From an uncultured delta proteobacterium (GTDB taxonomy: Bacteria; Myxococcota; Myxococcia; Myxococcales; Myxococcaceae), in contig CAVYSY010000030.1 of assembly GCA_963771175.1 (NCBI GenBank), positions 32,001 to 96,000 of the forward strand: a stretch of DNA of 64,000 nucleotides, given 5' to 3'. The translations under genes were made by a program, and so were the position numbers. Positions 1 to 9,229 of this stretch are shown piece after piece. The notes below the pieces were generated by a model. That model did not search any database, was not told the DNA's origin, and saw only the letters and a program-made list of their open reading frames with translations. Numbering within the stretch: the stretch's first letter is position 1; each line of letters begins with the position of its first letter.

Positions 1-480
1 GTCCACCTCAACGTGGACCTCGCGCGCTCCAACGTGCAGCGCACGGCCGCGTGGCCGGTGCTGCTGGGCAACCTGCTGCGCGAGGCTCGGCGCGCCCAGG
101 AGGGCTTCCCCCGGCGGCAGCTCTCCCTCGGCGAGCCCCTGTCGTTGGTGACGGTGGCGGGCGCTCGCTACACGCTGGCGGGACCCGAGGGGAACCGCCC
201 CCTCTTCGGCGCGGGCGCCTTGAGCCTGCCCCCGCCCGCGGTGCCCGGCCGCTACGTGCTGGAGCGGGACGGCGAGCCGGTGGATGCGGTGGAGGTGCTC
301 GCGCTGGATGCCCGCGAGTCGGACCTGCGCGGGCGTGGCGAGGGCGACAGGCCCGCTGAAGCCGAGGGCGATGACGACGGGGGCGAGTCCTCTTCAGGCC
401 GGGCGCGCTGGCCCCTGCTGGTGCTGCTGGCGGCGCTGCTCGCGGACTTCTCCCTCACCCGGCGCGCGGAAGCGAAGTGA
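1..480 (+). CDS. 3' end of a probable BatA/VWA-type membrane protein (partial, runs off the window start)
   Basis: Open frame from base 1; 'SNVQRTAAWPVLLGNLL', 'PGRYVLE', 'ESDLR' and a C-terminal TM segment (WPLLVLLAALLADF) resemble BatA/VWA protein C-termini. Confidence 0.6.
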   Translation, partial: VHLNVDLARSNVQRTAAWPVLLGNLLREARRAQEGFPRRQLSLGEPLSLVTVAGARYTLAGPEGNRPLFGAGALSLPPPAVPGRYVLERDGEPVDAVEVLALDARESDLRGRGEGDRPAEAEGDDDGGESSSGRARWPLLVLLAALLADFSLTRRAEAK

Positions 481-1501
481 GCAACTCTCCGCCTTCGGGC
501 ACGAGGAGCGACTCCACCGCCGCTCGCGCCTTCTTGAAGCGCTCGTCCCACGAGCCGCTCAGCTTCACGTAGCGTCGGCCCCGCGAGCGCAGGGCGTTCT
601 CGCAGCTCTCGAGGAACGAGGTGCGTTCGTCCGGCAGGTAGCGCACCGGGTCCGCCACCCACGGCACATCCACGTCCGTCAGCAGGTAGAGGTCGTAGTC
701 ACGGCGCTCCGCCTCCTGGAGGATGGGCGCCGGGCACTCGCCGAAGAGCACCTCGCTCCAGATGCTCGTCTCCAGCACGTCGGTGTCGCAGATGAGGACC
801 CGGTTCGCGCTCCGCGCCAGCGCGTCCTCCGCCGCCGCCTGCCCCCGTGCGATGCGCGGCATGTCCGCCAGCTCCACCTTGCCTCCCCGCGGCTCCAGCA
901 GCAGTCGGGCGTACTCCGGCACCATCACCGTCTTGAAGTGCTCCGCCAGTTGCTTCGACAGCGTCGTCTTCCCCGTCGACTCCGGGCCGAAGACGCACAC
1001 TCGCCGAGCGAAGTAGGGCCGCACGCACCTCGGCAGGTAGTCCCAGTGTTTCCACGGGTCATTCCGGATTGCCGTGCCACTCACCGGCACCGCCCCCCGC
1101 GCGATGTCCACCGGGATGAACTCGGCCCCCAACACCTCGGCCAGCTTCGCGCCGTACTCCTCGGAGGCGAACACGTAGTCCGGCCGGCCCGGCAGCACCC
1201 GCCGCAGGCTGTCTCGCCAGATGTCCCAGAACTGGGGGTGCTCGTGGGGGTACTGCGGGTTCTCGTCCGTCAGGTGCACCACCCGCGTGTCCGGGAAGAG
1301 CTCGCGCATCCACCCGTGGCGCAGCTCCCCGGGAATGGGCTCGGCCTTCAGCGTGCCCACCACCACCGTGAGGTCCGCCACGTACTCGCGCGCGAACTCC
1401 ACCAGGAAGACGTGCCCGAGATGCGGCGGCATGAACTTCCCGAGCACCATGCCCGTCCCCTGGCGCACGCTGCTCGCCCCTCGAATGCTCCTCGTGCTCA
1501 T
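455..1501 (-). CDS. nadR: NadR-like bifunctional NMN adenylyltransferase / ribosylnicotinamide kinase without the HTH domain
   Basis: GKFMPPHLGH (HxGH nucleotidyltransferase), SGTAIR, Walker A GPESTGKTT, PEYAR, ICDTD, DVPWVADPVR; ATG at 1501 overlaps the upstream stop (ATGA). Confidence 0.88.
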   Translation of the reverse strand: MSTRSIRGASSVRQGTGMVLGKFMPPHLGHVFLVEFAREYVADLTVVVGTLKAEPIPGELRHGWMRELFPDTRVVHLTDENPQYPHEHPQFWDIWRDSLRRVLPGRPDYVFASEEYGAKLAEVLGAEFIPVDIARGAVPVSGTAIRNDPWKHWDYLPRCVRPYFARRVCVFGPESTGKTTLSKQLAEHFKTVMVPEYARLLLEPRGGKVELADMPRIARGQAAAEDALARSANRVLICDTDVLETSIWSEVLFGECPAPILQEAERRDYDLYLLTDVDVPWVADPVRYLPDERTSFLESCENALRSRGRRYVKLSGSWDERFKKARAAVESLLVPEGGELLTSLPRAG

Positions 1502-4500
1502 GCTGTGCCCTCTGCTTCCCGCGCGAACGTATACCCAAGATAGGTGTGCAGCAGCGCCTCGGTGACCGGTGGGCACGAGAGCCCCGAGCCCTCCAGCCCC
1601 GCGCGCGCGTGCTCCATGCCGAATTCCGCCCCCGTCGCCTGGAAGAGATCCATCGTCCGGTGTCGCTCGAAGGCGCCCCCGGACAGGCCCCGGCAGAGCG
1701 CCAGGTACGCGGCGGCCTCGGATGAGCCCACCTCCTCCCGTGCGAGCGCGGCGAGCCGGGCCCGCCACTCCTCCTCGGAGACGGTGGCGAGGGGGATTCC
1801 AAAGGAGCGCAGGGCGTCCACCAGCACGGGCAGCGACAATGGCCGGGGATTGGCGAGGTGGAAGGTGGACGAGCCCTCCGCCGGGGCCGCGTGCAGGGAC
1901 AGGTGGGCCACCGCCGCGGCGGCGTAGTCCACGGGGGTGATGTCGACCGCGAGCCCCTCGCCCGCACCGCGCGGGATGCAGCCGAGCGAGGCCACCCCTC
2001 GGAAGAACAGGGACAGGAAGTCGCTCGCGGAGGCGCGCCCCGTGCGCGTGTCGCCCGTGATGAGGCCCAGCCGGTAGTACGTGATGGGCCCGGCCTCGCC
2101 CCGAGCGGAGCGCAGGAGCGCCTCGGCCGCCCACTTGCTCTGCGCATACCCGCCGAAGATGCGCTGGGGGCCCTCCAGTGCGTCCGTCTCCTCCAGGCGC
2201 CCGGTATTCCTGTCCGTCGACACGAACACCGACAGGGTGGAGATGTGGTGCAGCGACTTGCGTGCCCCTTCCGCCTGCAGGCGCAGCACCTGCTCGGTGC
2301 CTCCGACGTTCGCCTCGCGCAGCGCGCGGTACGGGAGCACCATGTTGACGTGGGCCGCGCAGTGGTAGATGTGGCCGACCTCGCGAGTGAGCCGCTCCCA
2401 CTCGAGCTCGTCGAGCCCCCAGCGCGGGCGTGCCAGGTCTCCCCGGAGCGCTACCAGACGCGCGGCCTCCTCCCGCGAGGGCGGCGTGCCTTGTGCCTCG
2501 AGTGCGCCCAGCAGGCGCTCCCGGGCTTCCTGGTCATCCCGGGCCCGCACGAGGCAGAGCACCCGGGCCTTGGTGCGCCGGAGCAGCTCGTGCAGCAGCC
2601 GCGAGCCGAAGAACCCCGTGGCTCCCGTGAGCAGCAGGTCTCCACCAGGAGATGCCGCTGGCCGCTCGCGGGCGGTGTGCAGGAGGGCCTCCCAACCGGG
2701 CCCCAGTGCGACGTCCGCGCGCAGTTCGTCCGCGCTCATGCCTCCATCCGTGGACGGCTGCTCCGGTCCTCCGGCTCCCATGTGGGCCAGCAGCTCGGAG
2801 ATGGTCGGGTGCGCGAGCATCGCGGCTGGACGGAGGGGGAGCCCGAGCGCCTCGGCCGCCGCGACGACCTGAAGCACCCCGAGCGAGTCCCCGCCGAGCG
2901 CGAAGAAGTCGTCCGTCACGCCCACGGGCGCCACGCCCAGCACATCCTCCCAGAGCTCACACAGCAGCCGCTCCGGCCCGGTGGCGGGAGGGACCACTCC
3001 GTCCGCCTCCCGCCGGGCCGAGAGTGGCAGGCGCGAGAGCACCTCGAAGTCCACCTTCCCCGTCACGGTGCGGGGCAGGCGCTCCAGCGGCTCGAAGCGC
3101 TGCGGTAGCATCCACCGGGGCAGCACGCCCGACAGGTGCGCGCGCAGCGCGTCCGGCGCGGGAGTCTCCCCGGGGAGGCGGGGCACGACGAACGCCACCA
3201 GCACGGCGCGCGCCTTCTCCCCGTCCGGGACGAGCGGGCGCTTGAGGACCGCCACGTCTTGGATACCTGGATGGCGCAGCAGGTGCGCCTCCACCTCCTC
3301 CGGCTCGATGAGCAGGCCCCGGAGCTTGAGCTGGCGATCCACGCGGCCGAGGAATTCCAGCTCCCCGTTCGGGTGCTCCACCACACGGTCGCTCGTGCGG
3401 TAGAGGCGCTCGCCGCCCCGCTCGACGAAGCGGGCCGCGGTGAGCTCGGGGCGGTTCACGTACCCGCGCGCCAGCCCCACGCCTCCGAGGTACAGCTCCC
3501 CGGGAGTGCCCGGTGGCACGGGCTCGCCTCGCGCATCGAGCACATGCCAGGACATGTTGGGAATGGGCTGACCGAGCAGCGGGCGCGTCCACGTCTCCGG
3601 ATCGCACGCGCAGAGGCTGGTGCAGATGGTGGCCTCGGTGGGGCCGTAGACGTTCACCACGCGCAGGTGACGTGCCCAGCGTCGGACCACCTCGGGAGGA
3701 CAGGGCTCTCCGCCGATGACGAGGACCCGCAGGGTGGCGGCCAGGGCCTCCGGCTCGAACATCCGCAGGAGCGAGGGGGGCAGGTCCGCGTGCGTGATGC
3801 GCCACCCGTTGAGCAGCGCCACGAGTCCCGGCCCGGGCTGGAGCGCGTGCGCGGGTGGCAGGCAGAGCGTCGCGCCGGACAAGAGCGCCGTGCCGATGTC
3901 GGACAGCGACGCGTCGAAGCTCGTCGACAGGTAGAGGATGGCGCGGCTCGTCTCGTCGAGCGCGAAGGCTTCGATCTGCGCGAGCAGCAGGTTGACGAGC
4001 CCCCGGTGCGGTACGAGCACGCCCTTGGGTGTACCCGTGGTGCCGGAGGTGTAGATGACGTAGGCGAGGTCCTCGGGGTGCGAGGACCCGCTCGGAGTCT
4101 CGCCGGTCGGAGCGCTCTCCGGCACGTCCTCGAGCCGCACGACGCGGGCCTCCACTCCTTCCAGCCGGGGCTCCGCACCCCGCCGCGCCACCACCAGCCC
4201 GAGCCCGCAGTCGCGCGCCATGAAGTCAATCCGCGCGGGGGGCAGCGTGGGCTCCAACGGCACGAACGCCGCTCCCGCGGCCCACACACCCAGCAGGGCG
4301 ATGACGTACTCGGGGGACTTCTCGAGGAACAACCCGACGATGCACTCGGGTCCCGCCCCGAGCCGCCGCAGGTGCGCCCCGAGCGCGGTGGCACGCTGGA
4401 GCAGCTCCGCGTAGGTGAGGCGGTTGCCCTCCGACTCCAGCGCCACCCGGTGGGGATGCGCGGCGGCGACGGCTCGGAAGTGCTCCCAGAAGGTGCCGGT

Positions 4501-4512
4501 GGGCGGGCTCAG
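1498..4512 (-). CDS. Stand-alone NRPS-like enzyme: adenylation, PCP and thioester reductase domains (A-T-R), about 1004 aa
   Basis: A motifs LTYAEL, YVIYTSGTTGTPKG, FDAS, NVYGPTE, GELYLGG, LYRTSD, GKVD; PCP FFALGGDSL; R domain LLTGATGFFG and GYAQSKW. Start placed at the CTG overlapping the upstream TGA, 6 nt after GGAGG; start codon uncertain. Confidence 0.92.
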   Translation of the reverse strand: MSPPTGTFWEHFRAVAAAHPHRVALESEGNRLTYAELLQRATALGAHLRRLGAGPECIVGLFLEKSPEYVIALLGVWAAGAAFVPLEPTLPPARIDFMARDCGLGLVVARRGAEPRLEGVEARVVRLEDVPESAPTGETPSGSSHPEDLAYVIYTSGTTGTPKGVLVPHRGLVNLLLAQIEAFALDETSRAILYLSTSFDASLSDIGTALLSGATLCLPPAHALQPGPGLVALLNGWRITHADLPPSLLRMFEPEALAATLRVLVIGGEPCPPEVVRRWARHLRVVNVYGPTEATICTSLCACDPETWTRPLLGQPIPNMSWHVLDARGEPVPPGTPGELYLGGVGLARGYVNRPELTAARFVERGGERLYRTSDRVVEHPNGELEFLGRVDRQLKLRGLLIEPEEVEAHLLRHPGIQDVAVLKRPLVPDGEKARAVLVAFVVPRLPGETPAPDALRAHLSGVLPRWMLPQRFEPLERLPRTVTGKVDFEVLSRLPLSARREADGVVPPATGPERLLCELWEDVLGVAPVGVTDDFFALGGDSLGVLQVVAAAEALGLPLRPAAMLAHPTISELLAHMGAGGPEQPSTDGGMSADELRADVALGPGWEALLHTARERPAASPGGDLLLTGATGFFGSRLLHELLRRTKARVLCLVRARDDQEARERLLGALEAQGTPPSREEAARLVALRGDLARPRWGLDELEWERLTREVGHIYHCAAHVNMVLPYRALREANVGGTEQVLRLQAEGARKSLHHISTLSVFVSTDRNTGRLEETDALEGPQRIFGGYAQSKWAAEALLRSARGEAGPITYYRLGLITGDTRTGRASASDFLSLFFRGVASLGCIPRGAGEGLAVDITPVDYAAAAVAHLSLHAAPAEGSSTFHLANPRPLSLPVLVDALRSFGIPLATVSEEEWRARLAALAREEVGSSEAAAYLALCRGLSGGAFERHRTMDLFQATGAEFGMEHARAGLEGSGLSCPPVTEALLHTYLGYTFAREAEGTA

Positions 4513-5363
4513 GATGCGCCTCCGGCGGGAGCCGCCGCGGGGTGGACGTACTCCTCGAGCGTCGAGCCGGTCGAGCGGTTGTCCACGTCGGGAGCACCGA
4601 GACCCTGGCGGTGATCCTCGAGGTGGACGGAGCGGAAGTCGACGCTGAAGCGTGTGCGCCCCGAGGCGTGTGGTCGCGTGCGGTGCAGGTGCGCCGCGGA
4701 GAAGACGAGCACCTCGCCCGTCCGGCACGCGAAACCCCGCTCCTGGAGCCCGTCGAGTGGGACGAGGGACGTGGGGTACGCGGCGCTCGCCGCTCGCTTC
4801 GGGTTCTGCCACCCCGCCTGGGTGCGCCACGTCTGGTAGTCGAAGGTGGAGGAGGAGTTGGGCACCGGCTGGTCGAAGGCCTCGGGGAAGAAGGTGAACG
4901 TCTCCTCCTCGGTGCCGTCGTGGAGCGCGAGCCACCAGTTGAGCTGTGCCCGAGGATTGGCGTACCAGGTGTCGCGGTGGGCGAAGTAGACGGGCGCGGC
5001 CGCTTCAATCTCATGCCCCCGGTGCAGGACGCCGCGGAGCCGCGGCTTGTCGAGGGCGTACTCGTCCGGCGCCTGTCCCGCCGCCGCCAGCACCGCGCGA
5101 GCGCCCGCGAGGAAGCGCGCCTCCCCGGTCAGCACCTGGCGCACGCGCCCCAGGCGCTCGAGGTGCTCCGCCGCCGGTAGCCGGAACTGCGCCTCGCGCG
5201 GGTCTCCCACGTCCTGGAAGGTCTCCGCGAGCAGCTCGAAGACCTCGCGCGCCAGCCGCATCGATGCCTCGCTCGGGGCCAGCTTGAAGAGGGCCCCGGC
5301 GTAGAGCGCTTGCCGGAACTCCGTGGGGCGGGAGGGCGGTGGGGCGAAGGGGAGGGGGCTCAT
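4509..5363 (-). CDS. Fe(II)/2-oxoglutarate-dependent oxygenase-like protein (PhyH/StrG-like fold)
   Basis: HxD (HRDTWY), NWW, distal His in AHLHRT, then RFSVDFR typical of DSBH oxygenases. Confidence 0.7.
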   Translation of the reverse strand: MSPLPFAPPPSRPTEFRQALYAGALFKLAPSEASMRLAREVFELLAETFQDVGDPREAQFRLPAAEHLERLGRVRQVLTGEARFLAGARAVLAAAGQAPDEYALDKPRLRGVLHRGHEIEAAAPVYFAHRDTWYANPRAQLNWWLALHDGTEEETFTFFPEAFDQPVPNSSSTFDYQTWRTQAGWQNPKRAASAAYPTSLVPLDGLQERGFACRTGEVLVFSAAHLHRTRPHASGRTRFSVDFRSVHLEDHRQGLGAPDVDNRSTGSTLEEYVHPAAAPAGGAS

Positions 5364-5492
5364 GGACGCTCCGCCGAGGAAAGCACAAGGGAGGTGCTCC
5401 GATGAAGACGGGCCCCGGGGTCACCCCCCTTGGACGGCCAGACCCTGGTAGCATGGTGTACCTGTCTCCCCGGGAGCCCGGTTCCTCCACGC

Positions 5493-8242
5493 ATGAGCTT
5501 CTCCCTGCCCCAGGCGCTGGTGCTACTCGTGCCGCTGGGCCTCTTCCTGTGGAAGCGGGGCCGGCGCCCTGGCCCTCCCATGGCCCTGCGCTGGGCGCTG
5601 CTGCTGCTCACGGTGGGCGCGCTCGCCGGTCCCGAGCTGGTGCTCAGCCACGCGGGCAGTGACGTGGTGATGGTGGTGGACCGCTCGCGCTCCATGCCAG
5701 CGGACGCGGGACGGGTGGCCTCGGAGCTGGTGGGCCTGCTGGAGTCGCAGCGGCGGCCCGGGGACCGGGTGGGCGTCATCTCCTTCGGGCGCGAGGCTCG
5801 GGTGGAGCAGCCGCTGTCGCGAGGCGGGGCGCTTCGGCGGCTTCACCCGACCAGTGGACGCGGAGGCGTCGGACCTGTCGGCGGCGCTGGACTGCGGCGG
5901 GAGGCCTCATTCCTCCAGGCCGCACGGGCCGGGTGCTGGTGGTGTCCGACGGTCGGGCCACGGGCGCGGATGCTCGCGGCGCGGCCCGGCGACTGGCGGC
6001 CCGGGGCATCGCCGTGGACTTCCGCCACGTGGCCCGCGAGGACTCGCCGCTGGACCTGGCCGTCCTCTCGCTGGACGTGCCGGCCTCGGTGACGGCGCGC
6101 GAGCCCTTCCAGATGACCGGGGTGGTGCAGGCCTCGGCGCCCATCACCGGCACGGTGCGCCTGGAGCGCAATGGCCACGTATTGGTGAAGGGGCCCTTCG
6201 AGTTCCACACCGGGCCCAACCTGCTGCCCTTCCGCGACCTGGTGGACGAGCCGGGGCTGGTGGCCTACCGGCTGACGGTGGAGGCGCCGGGCGACGGAGT
6301 GGTGGAGAACGACGTCGGGCAGGCGGTGCTGCGCGTGGAGGGCCCGCCTCGGGTGATGCTGCTCACGGACCAGCCCGAGGGCACGCTCGCCAAGGCGCTG
6401 CGCTCGGCGGGGCTGCTGCTGGAGGTGCGCGCGCCCTTCCCCGTGACGATGGACGCGCTGGATGGCGTGGGCGCGGTGGTGCTGGAGAACGTGGACGCGA
6501 ACCGGCTGGGCGAGCCGGGGTTGAACGTGCTCGCCACCTACGTGGAGCAGGCCGGCGGCGGGCTGGTGATGACGGGCGGCCGGGCCAGCTTCGGCGAGGG
6601 CGGTTACCGCCGCTCTCCGGTGGAGCCGCTGCTGCCGGTGTCCCTGGAGATGCGCGAGGAGCAGCGCCGCACCGCGCTGGCCATGAGCGTGCTGATGGAC
6701 TGCAGCTGCTCCATGGGCATGCAGGTGCCGGACGGGCGCACGAAGATGGAGCTGGCCGCCGAGGGCGTGGTGGGGGCGCTCACGCTGCTCAACGAGAAGG
6801 ACGAGGCGTCCGTCCACATGGTGGACACCGAGGCGCACGAAATCTTTCCGCTGAGCCCGGTGGAGAACGGCCTGCCGCTGGACGAGGTGTCGCGGGGCTT
6901 CAGCGGCGGAGGCGGCATCTACGTGGGCGAGGCCCTGCGCGTGGGCCGGAAGGAAATCCTCCAGAGCGACAAGGTCACCCGGCACGTGCTGCTCTTCTCG
7001 GACGCGGCGGACTCGGAGGAGCCGGACGACTACCTGAAGACGCTGCGGGAGCTGCAGGGCGAGAAGGTGACGGTGTCCGTCATCGGCCTGGGGACGGAGA
7101 AGGACCCGGACGCGGAGCTGCTGAAGGAGGTCGCCGCGAGGGGTGGAGGCCGCATCTACTTCGCGGAGGACGCGACGAGCCTCCCGCGCATCTTCAGCCA
7201 GGAGACCATCGCCGTGGCGCGGGCCACCTTCGTGGACGAGCCCGCGTCGCTGGAGGCGGCGCCGGACCTGCCGCTGCTCGGGAGGCTGCCGGCGGTGGGG
7301 CTGCCCCAGGTGGGCGGCTACAACCTCACGTACCTGCGGCCGCGCGCGAGCGTGGCCCTGCGGACACTCGACGACAACGCGGCGCCGGTGCTGGCGCTGT
7401 GGCCGCGCGGGGCGGGGCGGGTGGCGGCCCTCATGGCGGAGGTGGACGGGGAGTTCACCGGCGAGCTGCGCTCCTGGAGCGGCCTGCGCGCGGCGCTGGA
7501 GGGCATGGTGCGCTGGACGATGGAAGGGGCGGGCGAGGCGGGCGAGGCGGTGGCGCGCTCGGAGCGGCGGGGCAACCTGCTGCGGGTGACACTGGACTTC
7601 GCGCCGGGAGAGGCCCTGCCGGGTGCGCTGCCCTCGCTGGTGCTGCTGCCTGGGGACGGGCGGGGCACGCCGGTGGAGGTGCCCATGCGCTGGGAGGACG
7701 AGGACCGGGTGGCGGCCGAGTACACCCTGCCGGGCAGCGGCACGTGGCACCCGGTGGTGAAGCTGGGGACGCGGGTGCTGCGGGCCCCTCCCGTGGCGCT
7801 GCCCTACGCGCCCGAGTTCGAGCCCGGCAACGCCCAGGAGGGACTGGAGGTGCTGCGCGCTGTCGCGGGCGTGGGCGGTGGCATGGAGCGGCTGTCCATG
7901 GCCGGCCTCTTCGCGGAGGCGCCGGAGTCGGAGGGGCGCGTGGTGCTGGCGCCGTGGCTGGTGGGGCTGGCGGTGGCGGTGCTGCTGTCGGAGGTGGCGG
8001 TGCGCCGCTTCCTCTCCGGTCCGAGGCCGAGGCGCGCGGTGGCTCCCTCGGCGGAGGCCGTGGTGGTGCCGGGCCTGTCGGCTTCGGCCGCCGTGCGCCC
8101 ACCCCCAAGGGAGAGTGGGAAGGGCACCGCGCCGGAGGCCCCAGCCGCCGCTTCGGGCGAGGCGACGCGCGAGACGGAAGGCGGCGTGGACTCGGCGCTG
8201 GAAGCCGCGCGGGAGCGGGCCCGGCGCCGCCTGAAGCGCTGA
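5493..8242 (+). CDS. Double-VWA domain membrane protein (two +1 frameshifts near 5820 and 5893, probably errors)
   Basis: N-terminal TMs; MIDAS DRSRS and DCSCS; GGGLVMTGG..SFG.GGY..SPVE.LLPV; HVLLFSD; C-terminal TM. Frames 5430..6092, 5854.. and 5933..8242 join. Confidence 0.85.
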
Positions 8243-8329
8243 GTGTGTTTCGCTCGATGATGGCCCAGGCGTAGAGTCGTCCGCCACCTCGGACAGAGGC
8301 GCGGGCCCGAGGTCGACAGGGGAGGGTAC

Positions 8330-9229
8330 ATGAGTCCCAAGAAGGTGGCCTGGGCACCGGGTGCCGGGTTCGAGGAGCCCTTCTGGCACCTCGCCGCACT
8401 CCAGGTCTCCTCGTTGTGGGAGGAGACCCGCGGCGAGGGCGTGGTGATCGCCATCCTCGATGGTGGGGTGGATGACGTCGTCGGCCTTCGGGGAGAGCGC
8501 ATCCAACATGTCGATTACCAGGGCCGGGAGAGCTCTCCCTGGGATGACAGCAACGGCCACGGGACCGCGTGTGCCAGCCTCGCCGCATCCAGCCACAAGC
8601 ACGCACCGGGCGTGGCTCCCGGGGCGAGCCTCCTCAGCATCAACGTCGCCGGGGTGAACGGAGAGCCCCTCCTCTACAAGGTGGAGTCAGGGCTGCGGGT
8701 GGCCATCGAGTCCGCGGACATCATCTCGTGCAGCTTCGTCATGCCGGAGGTCTCGCAGGCCATCTGGGATGTCCTCCGGGAGGCGCAGGCCCTCGGGCGC
8801 GTGGTGGTGGGCGCCGCTGGCAATGACGAGACGCTGACCTCCGCGTTTCCCGAGAACGTGCCCGAGGTCATCTCCGTGGCCGCGCTCTCGCGCCAGCTGA
8901 CGCCCCTCTCCGGCGGACGCTTCGGCCCGTTCGTCGACCTCGCCGCACCGGGTCAGGACCTCCGGGTGAGCACCTCCCTCGGCATCAAGAACTGGCGGGG
9001 CGCCACCTCCGGCGCGACCGCCCTCGTGTCCGGTGTCTGCGCGCTCGTGCTCTCCGCGGCGAAGAAGCACGGATTGAATGTCACCGAAGTCGGGCGCTCG
9101 CTCCCGGAGCTCCTCCTGTCCACCGCCACCGACCTGGGCGAGGTGGGGCCGGACGTCACGACTGGCGCCGGAATGATCAACCCCCCGAAGTTGCTGGAGG
9201 CGGTCCTCTCCCAACTTGGAGTCTCTTGA
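8330..9229 (+). CDS. Subtilisin-like S8 serine peptidase
   Basis: IAILDGGVD (Asp), NGHGTACA (His), AAGN, DLAAPG, GATSGATALVSG (Ser); no evident signal peptide. Confidence 0.85.
   Translation: MSPKKVAWAPGAGFEEPFWHLAALQVSSLWEETRGEGVVIAILDGGVDDVVGLRGERIQHVDYQGRESSPWDDSNGHGTACASLAASSHKHAPGVAPGASLLSINVAGVNGEPLLYKVESGLRVAIESADIISCSFVMPEVSQAIWDVLREAQALGRVVVGAAGNDETLTSAFPENVPEVISVAALSRQLTPLSGGRFGPFVDLAAPGQDLRVSTSLGIKNWRGATSGATALVSGVCALVLSAAKKHGLNVTEVGRSLPELLLSTATDLGEVGPDVTTGAGMINPPKLLEAVLSQLGVS

Noticed and set aside
1501..2401. N-terminal extension of the 455..2401 ORF
   Set aside because: Lies within the NRPS reductase domain in another frame; the nadR ATG at 1501 has an ATGA overlap and a purine-rich upstream element
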